From Candidatus Acidiferrales bacterium (GTDB taxonomy: Bacteria > Desulfobacterota > Binatia > UBA9968): DNA of 64,000 nucleotides. A model generated the notes under the pieces. That model was not told the DNA's origin and did not search any database. It saw only the letters and a program-made list of their open reading frames with translations. Of the stretch, positions 38,400 to 46,591 are shown one piece after another. Numbering within the stretch: position 1 is the stretch's first letter; the number at the start of each line of letters is the position of its first letter. The stretch covers positions 197,452 through 261,451 of the forward strand of contig DATMAM010000040.1 in NCBI GenBank assembly GCA_035559995.1, in the 5' to 3' direction. The position numbers and the translations under genes are program-made.

Positions 38400-38903
38400 C
38401 TATTGCATGCCTTCCGCGTCCGCGGCGATCGGCTGATTGATGGCCACCACACCGGCTTTGCGGTCACAGGGTTCCACTTTCTCGATCGGCCGCTTCAAGT
38501 ATGCGCCGGTCTGCATCATCACCATGGCCACCAGGTTGTCCCCTTCCAGGCTGTCGAATTTTTCTTTCACCCGCGCCTCGGCCAACAGCTTGCACGCCTC
38601 CACCTTGTCCTTCGCGACCACCAGGTGAACATGCTTGCCGTACTCGCCGCTCAGTCCATCAACGTGAGCGCTCGGAATGCGGAAGAGGAAATTCTCTCCA
38701 GCCTTCCCGTTCGCGGGCTTCGCCGCCTTCGCAGCAGCTTGTTTGGATTTGCCTTCGATCGCATCGAGCACTGGGTTGATCAGAGCCAACCCTTGCTTGG
38801 TCGTAGGCTTCTTGCCGCCGAGCAGTATCTGCTTGTTCTTGGCCACCTTTGCGGCAAAAACTTTCACCTTCTTGGTATTGATCACTTCTTTTTTTGCGCT
38901 CAT
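38400..38903 (-). CDS. Lys/Ala-rich (histone-H1-like) putative DNA-binding phage protein
   Basis: N-terminal KK/AK-rich low-complexity region, globular C-terminal half; AAAGGAGA RBS at ATG 38903. Confidence 0.45.
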   Translation of the reverse strand: MSAKKEVINTKKVKVFAAKVAKNKQILLGGKKPTTKQGLALINPVLDAIEGKSKQAAAKAAKPANGKAGENFLFRIPSAHVDGLSGEYGKHVHLVVAKDKVEACKLLAEARVKEKFDSLEGDNLVAMVMMQTGAYLKRPIEKVEPCDRKAGVVAINQPIAADAEGMQ

Positions 38904-38981
38904 GGTTTTGTCTCCTTTGTTTCCCTTCGTTTTTGTCAGACGCCTGGTTCCTTGCCGCTCTGCCTCCAACCTTCATCGCCA

Positions 38982-39182
38982 TCAGTCTTGACGCTTGATC
39001 ACCTCCCTTCTGTCAAGGTCATTGACTGGACCCACCCCGACCTGGGCGACGGTCTTGCAAATCCAGCAGATATAGAAGGCCGGCCAGCGCGCTACGTGCG
39101 CCATCAACAAGCTCGTGGAGGATCCGCACGCCGGGCATTTACTTGCGTGCGCGACTGATATCTCAAAGCGCGATCTCCTCAT
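38982..39182 (-). CDS. small zinc-ribbon phage protein
   Basis: CPACG...CWIC. Confidence 0.35.
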   Translation of the reverse strand: MRRSRFEISVAHASKCPACGSSTSLLMAHVARWPAFYICWICKTVAQVGVGPVNDLDRREVIKRQD

Positions 39183-39805
39183 CTGCCTCCTCCTTGTTTC
39201 TGCTCGCCCGCTTCGGGGTGGCGCGCGCTTGTCATGCGCCGCACATAATCTTCCTGCGTGCGGCTCTCGATTGCCTTCTTGCAGTACCCGCTCCTGATTG
39301 CCTTGATGGCCTTCCCGCCGTGGATATCCAGGGCAACGGTCATGAGAGAGCCGACGGCGGTGCCGGTCCGGCCATGGCCGCCGATGCAGAAAAAGACCAC
39401 GTTCTTGTACCCGTTCTGTTTCAAGAGCTGAAAGAAATCCGCCCAGAACTGCCGGCCCGCGTTGATCACTCCCATGTCCGGCCAGTCGATGATGATCTCC
39501 TCCACGCGGTCCTGCTCGAAATGCCTCTGCAGGGAAGCCCAGCGGCGACCGGCCTTGAGGATCTTGTTCCGGCTGTAAACGCTGTATCCGGTGAGATTCA
39601 CCAAGAGATCGGCCTTCACGCGCGCGAGCTCTTCATAGCTGACCTTCGACTTCGAGGCGCCGTAAATTTGCACGCCTTCCAGGCTGCAGATGAGAGTCGG
39701 CGCGTGCCGGCACTGAACCCACCCGCCATCGTGCTTGCCGTTCTTTTCCTTCTTCTTAAACTCTCCGAGTTCTCCGAAATAATCTTCGATTGCCATGACA
39801 CTCAC
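39179..39805 (-). CDS. protein-tyrosine/dual-specificity phosphatase-fold protein (CX5R P-loop)
   Basis: P-loop VVFFCIGGHGRTGT (HCx5R-type) and upstream IDWPDMG (WPD-loop-like general acid). Confidence 0.6.
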   Translation of the reverse strand: MSVMAIEDYFGELGEFKKKEKNGKHDGGWVQCRHAPTLICSLEGVQIYGASKSKVSYEELARVKADLLVNLTGYSVYSRNKILKAGRRWASLQRHFEQDRVEEIIIDWPDMGVINAGRQFWADFFQLLKQNGYKNVVFFCIGGHGRTGTAVGSLMTVALDIHGGKAIKAIRSGYCKKAIESRTQEDYVRRMTSARHPEAGEQKQGGGR

Positions 39806-39987
39806 TGCTTTCGCTTTTTAATTTCTTCGTGCATCCACTGAAGCACGACATTCTTTGGGAACTGGCTCGATTGCGGCGTATCCTTGAAGAAGAGCCGCCA
39901 CGTTTCGATCTCGCCGAGTTTTTTCACGCGGCGAATGTGCCAGTCATTCCGGTCGCCCTCGACAACTTCTGTCAGGTCCAACTTCAT
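39802..39987 (-). CDS. hypothetical small phage protein
   Basis: 61 aa, coupled. Confidence 0.3.
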   Translation of the reverse strand: MKLDLTEVVEGDRNDWHIRRVKKLGEIETWRLFFKDTPQSSQFPKNVVLQWMHEEIKKRKQ

Positions 39988-40002
39988 CGTCGCTCCTCTT
40001 TC

Positions 40003-42093
40003 TCATGTGAGATAGTTTTTAAGCGGCACCACTTTGTGCTCGCCCAGATACACGCCGTCTTTCTGGACTTCCAAGGCAGCATAGACATCGCCGCTGCCTG
40101 AGAAACTGGGAATCGGCTTCGCTTTCGCGATCGCTTCCTGTAGTTCCTTCGTGACGGGGACGTTCATGGTCTGATAGTGAACCCCGCCTTCCGTCTTGAT
40201 CTGCACGTGGAGCATGTTGCTCTTGATCGTTGCGGCCGCGGCGGTCACCTTTTCCTTGCCGAGCGTTGTGGTGTCCAGGTCGGGAATGATCCACGTGTCT
40301 CCCTTCACGCCCTTGCCTGGCTTGCCGAGCTCGCTCTGCAGATGCTTGAACACTTCCGTTCTGGCTTCGTCGGTCACCTCCTTTTTCATGATTTCCAAGT
40401 ACAGCTTGGCGACACCCCATAGCCCCGCGCAGCGCCGTTGGCTGCCGTCGGGGAAGGTCACGAACCAAGGCTTGCCGGAAGGCATGTAAACAATCTTGAA
40501 CGGCCCGTACTCGCGCGGAGTGTCTTTGCTTGGGAGTTGGTCGGTCGACGCGCGCCCACGCTTCGTTTTGGCGCTCTCACTCGCCTTTTCGACTTCGGCC
40601 ATGAGCCCGTTGAACTCCGCCGGCGCCGTGCTGATCTGATAGACGTGGTGCATGATCGCGATCAGCGGCGAGGCGGGAGATTGCGCGGCGATATCGAACC
40701 AACCGGCGTAGATGAATTTGTTAAACCACCACCCGTTGTTGTGCGCGCAGTTGATCATCACGTTCAAAGCCTCGTTCACGTTCTTTAGGGCTTCCGGAGT
40801 TTTCTCGCGCACGAACCTCACGGTCGCGTTCCACAAATCGGCGGTGGCATCAGAGCACTTGCCCCAGGCCTTCCCGCCGTACCCCGGCCGCCACCCCTTC
40901 TCGTAAAATTTCTTGCGGATCTCGTTGAACTTCTGCACGCTCTCCCTGAGATTCGCCCATGCCTTGTCGTACACCTGATGCCGTGCGAGACCGTGTTTCT
41001 GCTTGTGACGGGCCTCACCGAAGCACGCCGCAAAGCCGAGTTTCAAGGCGAGCATCACGGCGACACCATAGAGGCGGCTTTCCTGCTTGCCGAAGTACGC
41101 TGAGTTGTGGAGAGCGCCGAGCACCAGCATCGCGGCCTCGCGGTAGCCAATCTGGTAGGTCACGCCGTAGGCGATTCCTTTGAGCACTTCCTCCACATCC
41201 TTTTGCGGGATTTCGACGGGAATCTTTTTCAGAGTCTCGCCGACCTTGACCTTGGAGCACATCGCCGGCGTCGTGACATAGGGAATGCCGTTATCCACGC
41301 AGTGCACGCCCCAGTGGGATGAGAGCGCGCCGCCAGGATGGACGACGACCGTGCCGGCCTTGAACTTTGCGCAGATCTCTTTCCACTCGAGCAGATCGCC
41401 GCGCGGCTTTTCGATCTTCGTCACCGTGACCGTCTTAGGAACGAAATCCGGACCCAACCCACTCACCTTCGGGCCGGAGCGAAGCTGGACGAGATAGATC
41501 GCGTCGCGCTTTTCGTTCTGGACGAATTCAAGATACGGCGCGTCGCCTTCCTTCACGCCCGCTTCGGTGAGAATCGCACGCTCGACCTTCTCGTCGTGAG
41601 CAAGAGGCGATTTGTCCGTGGTGCGGATGCTCGCAGCGGCCTTGCCACCCGTCGCGCCGTCATTGCCTTGGCCGACGGTGAGGACACCCGTTGTCCAGAT
41701 CGCGTTATGGCTGGACTTGATGTAGGGCATGAGCAGCATCTCCGCTTTGGGATCCGCCTTGCGCGCTTCCTTCCAGACCTTGAGCGCTTCCGCCTTGTTG
41801 TTGACCGGCCTGGAGTCCACAAACCCGTGCGCCGGCTTGACCGGGCACGGTCGCGCCATCGTGTTCGGTCCGATGGTCAGATAGGGATCCTCAAAATCGC
41901 TTTCCTCGCTCACCAGGCGGAACTGGAGAGTCCGGACCGCGTCCTCCAGGAATTTGAAATTTGCCTTATACTTCTGCAGGGCAACCAAGCCCTTTGCCTT
42001 TTGCGTTCGGGGTTCCACTGTCACGTCTCCTTTCTTCTGTTCGATTCCCAGTTCTTCGAAGGCATCCTGTACGTTCAGCACCATGAATTGCAT
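40003..42093 (-). CDS. large phage protein with PEP-utilising-enzyme-like phosphohistidine (mobile) domain motif
   Basis: VVVHPGGALSSHWGVHCVDNGIPYVTT parallels PEP-utiliser signature GG.TSH..I.ARE.GIPAVVG with identical SH-x8-GIP spacing; ~270 aa N-terminal and ~370 aa C-terminal regions, size like PEP synthase/rifampin-phosphotransferase-type enzymes. Confidence 0.45.
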   Translation of the reverse strand: MQFMVLNVQDAFEELGIEQKKGDVTVEPRTQKAKGLVALQKYKANFKFLEDAVRTLQFRLVSEESDFEDPYLTIGPNTMARPCPVKPAHGFVDSRPVNNKAEALKVWKEARKADPKAEMLLMPYIKSSHNAIWTTGVLTVGQGNDGATGGKAAASIRTTDKSPLAHDEKVERAILTEAGVKEGDAPYLEFVQNEKRDAIYLVQLRSGPKVSGLGPDFVPKTVTVTKIEKPRGDLLEWKEICAKFKAGTVVVHPGGALSSHWGVHCVDNGIPYVTTPAMCSKVKVGETLKKIPVEIPQKDVEEVLKGIAYGVTYQIGYREAAMLVLGALHNSAYFGKQESRLYGVAVMLALKLGFAACFGEARHKQKHGLARHQVYDKAWANLRESVQKFNEIRKKFYEKGWRPGYGGKAWGKCSDATADLWNATVRFVREKTPEALKNVNEALNVMINCAHNNGWWFNKFIYAGWFDIAAQSPASPLIAIMHHVYQISTAPAEFNGLMAEVEKASESAKTKRGRASTDQLPSKDTPREYGPFKIVYMPSGKPWFVTFPDGSQRRCAGLWGVAKLYLEIMKKEVTDEARTEVFKHLQSELGKPGKGVKGDTWIIPDLDTTTLGKEKVTAAAATIKSNMLHVQIKTEGGVHYQTMNVPVTKELQEAIAKAKPIPSFSGSGDVYAALEVQKDGVYLGEHKVVPLKNYLT

Positions 42094-42123
42094 CGCTCAC
42101 CTCCGGTGCAGACGTCTGCAAAC

Positions 42124-42318
42124 CTAACAATCAAGCCGCCATCGCTTGCCGGCCGCGCGCTCGAGGAGCTCGCGCCGTTTGCTACGGTCCAGAGATCGGA
42201 GCCGGCGCGCAACGCGATCGCGGTAGTAGGTGGTGGTGTTGCCGTGCCGATTATTGATGCCAGCGACCCACGTTTTCGCATTGAGGACGCGGAAGGCGTC
42301 GCGGATTTTAGTTTTCAT
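42124..42318 (-). CDS. hypothetical small basic phage protein
   Basis: 64 aa. Confidence 0.3.
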   Translation of the reverse strand: MKTKIRDAFRVLNAKTWVAGINNRHGNTTTYYRDRVARRLRSLDRSKRRELLERAAGKRWRLDC

Positions 42319-42340
42319 TTTTGTGTCTCCTTTTGGTTGG

Positions 42341-42661
42341 TCACGCTGCCTTGCGCAGCTTCTCGATGTGCTTGCACTCTTCGTGGCGAAAGACGTAGGA
42401 CGGGCAACTGCAGACCCAAACCTTGCCGCGAACGCTGACCCGGTAAGTTTTGTCGGGATCGCTGAAGGACCGCACGGTGAACTGCCGGTCCCATTTCGTT
42501 TTTGGCTTGGCCTGCGGGACCGGCGCCTTGCTGCCGGAGCAAACCTTGCACGAGGGGACGTGAAGGTTCTTAAACCACTCGATCGTTTCCGGGCTCAGTT
42601 TTTCCTGTGCCTGCTGTGTCTTTAGCTTCTCAGCGGTTTTGCATCCTGATTTGAACTTCAT
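42341..42661 (-). CDS. SWIM zinc-finger protein
   Basis: C-terminal CxCx(n)CxH (VWVCSCPSYVFRHEECKHI); start at ATG 42661 with GAAGGAGA RBS. Confidence 0.5.
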   Translation of the reverse strand: MKFKSGCKTAEKLKTQQAQEKLSPETIEWFKNLHVPSCKVCSGSKAPVPQAKPKTKWDRQFTVRSFSDPDKTYRVSVRGKVWVCSCPSYVFRHEECKHIEKLRKAA

Positions 42662-43278
42662 TTGTTTCCGTCTCCTTCGTTTGTTCTGGAGCTGCGCGCG
42701 CGCTCGCCCGTTTCGGCCTGACGCGCACGCGCTCGCCCATTCCTTTTGCTTCGTGCCGTAGATGATCATTCAATCGTTTGCCGTTATCGCAGGTGATTGC
42801 CGACCTAGTGATTGTTCACCACCCAGCCACCTCCTCGGTGGACCTGCCCGCGACTGCGCGAGCCGGATCTGCGTCTTTGTTTTTGCCGGCGCATGGTCCG
42901 TAGGCTTATCAGGCAGTACAGACCAGCGGCGCCGACGTTTTCATTTCGCAGGGTGACTTGGTTCCATTTCCCTGCGCCCCGTTGGTAAGCGGAAAAGGTT
43001 TTGAAGGGAAAACTAAGGTGCGGATTCTAAAATAAGGTGCGTGCTTTACGTGCGGGGTTTACTTGGCGTGGGTTAGATTCAAGTGTTCGAGGATGCGTCC
43101 GTCAAAAAACCTTGCTCTTTTTTTTCCTTTTTCCTAATGCCTTCCGTGGCTTATCAGGCAAATGGAAGGCGACCTAGTGTTGACGGTCAATCTATTCAGG
43201 CCTACTGGCCAAGAATGCTAGAAGAGGAAAAAGGCCTTGAATCTGTCAGGAATTGCCTATGTCAAAGAACCAATAAGA

Positions 43279-43308
43279 ATCCTATGGGATTCCTATGGAA
43301 TTGTCAAG
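43279..43308 (-). promoter_or_regulatory. consensus sigma70 promoter (TTGACA-18-TAGGAT) driving leftward early/middle operon
   Basis: Minus-strand TTGACAattccataggaatcccaTAGGAT; ~600-nt leader precedes first gene (SWIM protein). Confidence 0.5.
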
Positions 43309-43395
43309 GGGCAAAGACGTTTTTTTGGACCGAAAAAGCCTGAAAAGATAAGGATTTTTTGGGATTTTAGGCGAGGGCCTTGGAGCAAGTCGGTT

Positions 43396-44049
43396 TTACA
43401 GTAGGCTTTCGTCTTTGGCTGGAGCGTTGGCGGCGCCGGGCGTTTCCTGGGCGTGTTTTTTCTTGGCGCGTTTGCTGTCGACAGATCCGGCCTTGGCGCG
43501 CTCGACGTGTTGGTAGGTGAGGCGCAGTTCGTCCGCGCGGGCCTTGTAAATGTCCTTGAACTGATCGGTCTTGTTTTCGATGTGGGAGGAGACCTTGTTG
43601 AAATGGTCCCAACCCCGGCCTTGCTGTTTTCCTTTGAGCGTGTGCTTGTCCAGGGCGTAGTCCGGCACCTCGAGCTTCAGATTCTTCTGGATCCGCTCCT
43701 GGTGGACGACGGTCAAGAAATTATCGGCGAGGCGGCTCTTCTCGGACCGGCACATGGCGAGGATGGCATTCGATAAACAGAGCAGCTCGCTGGCTTGGCC
43801 CGGCCGCGCGACCATTTCGAAGTACATCTCCTTCAGGCTGTGAACTAGCACGATGAGCTGGGGATTGGCCGGGCCGATGTCTTCGCAGGCAATCACTTGG
43901 AGGCGGTGCCACAGGTATTGCGGATAGACTTCTTCGAGCTCCAGGGCCCAGAACATCGCTTCCTCTTCCATGCCCCGGCGGATCGATTTCTGCAGGGCTG
44001 ACATGGCTTCACTCAGATGATAGCCGTTTCGTTTGGTCCGTAGGTCCAT
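43396..44049 (-). CDS. hypothetical 217-aa helical protein, moron-like (own promoter)
   Basis: Good RBS AAGGAA; preceded by consensus promoter in AT-rich spacer; no recognisable domain. Confidence 0.5.
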   Translation of the reverse strand: MDLRTKRNGYHLSEAMSALQKSIRRGMEEEAMFWALELEEVYPQYLWHRLQVIACEDIGPANPQLIVLVHSLKEMYFEMVARPGQASELLCLSNAILAMCRSEKSRLADNFLTVVHQERIQKNLKLEVPDYALDKHTLKGKQQGRGWDHFNKVSSHIENKTDQFKDIYKARADELRLTYQHVERAKAGSVDSKRAKKKHAQETPGAANAPAKDESLL

Positions 44050-44087
44050 AAAAAGAAGTTCCTTTCCGGTGCGGAAATTTTAAGGTT

Positions 44088-44116
44088 ATCCTATAACTTT
44101 TTTATATAACGGTCAA
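44088..44116 (-). promoter_or_regulatory. consensus sigma70 promoter TTGACC-17-TAGGAT upstream of 217-aa gene
   Basis: Minus-strand TTGACCgttatataaaaaagttaTAGGAT in 95-bp AT-rich spacer. Confidence 0.55.
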
Positions 44117-44145
44117 GGAAAAAAGCTGGCAGGCGACGGGCTGAC

Positions 44146-45105
44146 TTAGGTGGCGTGGCCTTTGCCTTGCTGGCGTAGCAGGTCCTGGGCGTATGAGGCG
44201 ATCCCTGCGTTGGGATGGATCTTCGGCACCCAGCCGAGCAGGTACTTGGCGAGCGTGTGGTCGGCGAAGCAGTGGCGGATATCTCCGGGGCGCTTCTCGC
44301 CCGTATAGCGCGGGGTGATCTTCCCGTCGACCAGGTGCATCGAGAGCATGTTGGCGACAGCCTGCACGGGTAAGGGGATCCCGGTCCCGATGTTGATTGC
44401 GGCTTTGGGCCGGAAGAAGAGGGCGGCCTCGATGGCGGCCGCGACGTCTGAGACGTGGATGAAATCGCGGATCTGAAGACCGTCCTCGTAGATGACCGGC
44501 TGCTCGCCGGCCAGGAGCCTCGAGGCAAAGATCGCAACGACTCCCGTTTCGGCATTGGTGAGAGACTGTCCAGGTCCGTAGGTGTTGAACAGGCGAAGCG
44601 CCGTGACCGGGATGCCGTAGATCTCCCCGTTGATCCGGCAGAGCTGCTCGGTGTCGTACTTGGTCATGCCGTAAACCGAGGCCGGCCGGCACGCGTGCTC
44701 TTCCCTGACGCCGCGCGTTTCAAACCCTTCCCCGTAGACCGACATACTCGAAGCAACAATGATGTGCTGCACGCCGCCGGCGGCAACGATCGCCTGCATC
44801 AAAACGGCCGTTGCATAGCTGTTGGCCAGGACGAAGCGCGCGGGATCCTTTGCACTTTCCGAGACGCTCACACCGGCGGCCAGGTGGATGACGACGTCGC
44901 AGCCGCGGCAACACTCGAGTGTGGCTTCGTAGTTTTCAATCCGGTTAAGGAACACCAACCTAGCCCCGTCGACCATGGTATCCGGAGCTGGACCGTGCAC
45001 AACGGGCTCGAAGCAGTCCTGCACGACCACCTCGTGCTTTTTACCAAGCAGCCGCACAACGTGGCGCCCGATGAATCCGGCGCCTCCCGTAACGAGAATT
45101 CTCAT
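44146..45105 (-). CDS. NAD-dependent epimerase/dehydratase family protein (sugar-nucleotide epimerase-like)
   Basis: MRILVTGGAGFIG Rossmann start, SSMSVYG and catalytic YxxxK-type region; start ATG 45105 with GGGGGA RBS, overlaps upstream stop (ATGA). Confidence 0.8.
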   Translation of the reverse strand: MRILVTGGAGFIGRHVVRLLGKKHEVVVQDCFEPVVHGPAPDTMVDGARLVFLNRIENYEATLECCRGCDVVIHLAAGVSVSESAKDPARFVLANSYATAVLMQAIVAAGGVQHIIVASSMSVYGEGFETRGVREEHACRPASVYGMTKYDTEQLCRINGEIYGIPVTALRLFNTYGPGQSLTNAETGVVAIFASRLLAGEQPVIYEDGLQIRDFIHVSDVAAAIEAALFFRPKAAINIGTGIPLPVQAVANMLSMHLVDGKITPRYTGEKRPGDIRHCFADHTLAKYLLGWVPKIHPNAGIASYAQDLLRQQGKGHAT

Positions 45106-45851
45106 AGATCCCCCAATTCCAGTTTTTGCCGGCGGGCGACGTCCTTCACAACCATGCGCGTCACGCCTCCGGAGACCTGCTCCTGGAGGTAAGCTCCCCA
45201 CTTCCGCTTCAGGTAGTGGCGGTCCGCGCTCCAGCTCCCAGCCGAGATCGCGTGGCGGTTCCCGCCGGCGTTGGTCATGATCTGGTGCTCGAACATGAAG
45301 CGCGTATCCTGCCAGACGATACGGTCCTTGAGAAGTGCCTGCAGGGTGAGGTCGGCATCGGTGTTGTGGCTTAGCGCGGTGTCGGGGAGGAGCCGCCTGC
45401 CGACGAATCCCAAGCAGGGACCGTTTGCCTTGAGGAACCCGAAAGGGTCATAAGGAAAGAAATTGAGAATGTTCGGCGTGATCGCAAAGGAGAAGAGGCT
45501 CACGCCGATCCCCTCCGCGATCGAGGCAGCGTTGAAGATAATCCGGTAAACGGCGACCGGATCCGTGATCACACGCGCCTTGCGCCCGACCAGGCAGATC
45601 ACCCTCGAGACATCATCGTCGAAGATGACAACGCACTTCTCTTTCCGGTGCTCGAGGATCCAGCGCCGGACGCGCGAGACGCCGGCGACATCGTCCGGGT
45701 GGGTGGTAAGCGCGGCGCGAAACTCGCGGTAATCTTCCGCTTCGCTTTCGGCAACGCAGACCTCGGCCGATGGGACCAGGCGAAACGCGCGCCGGCACGA
45801 CTCCACGCGCTTTCGGCTGGGAATGACGATCCGGAGATCCTTCTCCGTCAC
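45102..45851 (-). CDS. putative GT-A-fold glycosyltransferase, paralog 1
   Basis: RIVIPSRKRVESC...VIFDDDV (DxD-like)...; 40-50% identical to adjacent paralog; GTG start overlapping paralog-2 stop (GTGA). Confidence 0.4.
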   Translation of the reverse strand: MTEKDLRIVIPSRKRVESCRRAFRLVPSAEVCVAESEAEDYREFRAALTTHPDDVAGVSRVRRWILEHRKEKCVVIFDDDVSRVICLVGRKARVITDPVAVYRIIFNAASIAEGIGVSLFSFAITPNILNFFPYDPFGFLKANGPCLGFVGRRLLPDTALSHNTDADLTLQALLKDRIVWQDTRFMFEHQIMTNAGGNRHAISAGSWSADRHYLKRKWGAYLQEQVSGGVTRMVVKDVARRQKLELGDL

Positions 45852-46591
45852 AACTCCAGATCCTGCTGGCGGGAAACACGTACTTTGAGGGACACCACCC
45901 GTTTCTGGTACCCGATCCCGATGTACTGTCCCCACTTCTGCTTTAGGTGCTTGAACTCGCGCTGGGTGTTCTCGACGCTTCTCGAGACCGTGTTGCCGCC
46001 GGCTTTGGTGATGAAGTTATGCTCGGCGGCGAAGCGAGAGTCCTGCCACACGATCCGCTCCTTGAGGAGCGCCTGCAAAGAGAGATCCACATCATCGAAT
46101 TGGGTCACCTCGGGATCATAGCGGATTTTTCGATCGAGAATCCCAAGAAGCGCCCCCTCGAGTCGGGTGAGTTGAAACGGCTTGTGCGGGCGGAACTTCC
46201 GCACATCGTCCTGGAAGGGATTGAAGGAGAAGCAACTGATGCCGAGCTCCTCGCAGATGTTCGCTGAGTTGAGGAGGATCCGCTCGATCGCGTGCGGATC
46301 CACGATCCGGCGGGGTCGGAAGCCGACCACGCAGTACAGGCTCCTCACGTCATCGTTGCACTGCACAATCACGCGCTCGTTGAAGTGATCGAGAATCCAC
46401 TGGCGAAGCCGCCCAAGACCGAAAATATCGTTGGGATGGGGAACGATCTTCGCCCCGATGTCCTTGTAATCCCCGAGCTCTTCTTCCGCGACGCACACCA
46501 CGGGATTTTTGAACAGCTTGACCGTCTGCGCGCAGCTCTCCACGCGCCGGCGGCTCGGTATCACGACGAGCATGTCTTTGGCCTCGATCAC
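45848..46591 (-). CDS. putative GT-A-fold glycosyltransferase, paralog 2
   Basis: MLVVIPSRRRVESC...VIVQCNDDV...; start overlaps ParB-like gene stop. Confidence 0.4.
   Translation of the reverse strand: MIEAKDMLVVIPSRRRVESCAQTVKLFKNPVVCVAEEELGDYKDIGAKIVPHPNDIFGLGRLRQWILDHFNERVIVQCNDDVRSLYCVVGFRPRRIVDPHAIERILLNSANICEELGISCFSFNPFQDDVRKFRPHKPFQLTRLEGALLGILDRKIRYDPEVTQFDDVDLSLQALLKERIVWQDSRFAAEHNFITKAGGNTVSRSVENTQREFKHLKQKWGQYIGIGYQKRVVSLKVRVSRQQDLEL

Noticed and set aside
43083-43343. 86-aa plus-strand ORF in the AT-rich gap
   Set aside because: No RBS and odd composition; it overlaps promoter/repeat elements and the region reads better as regulatory
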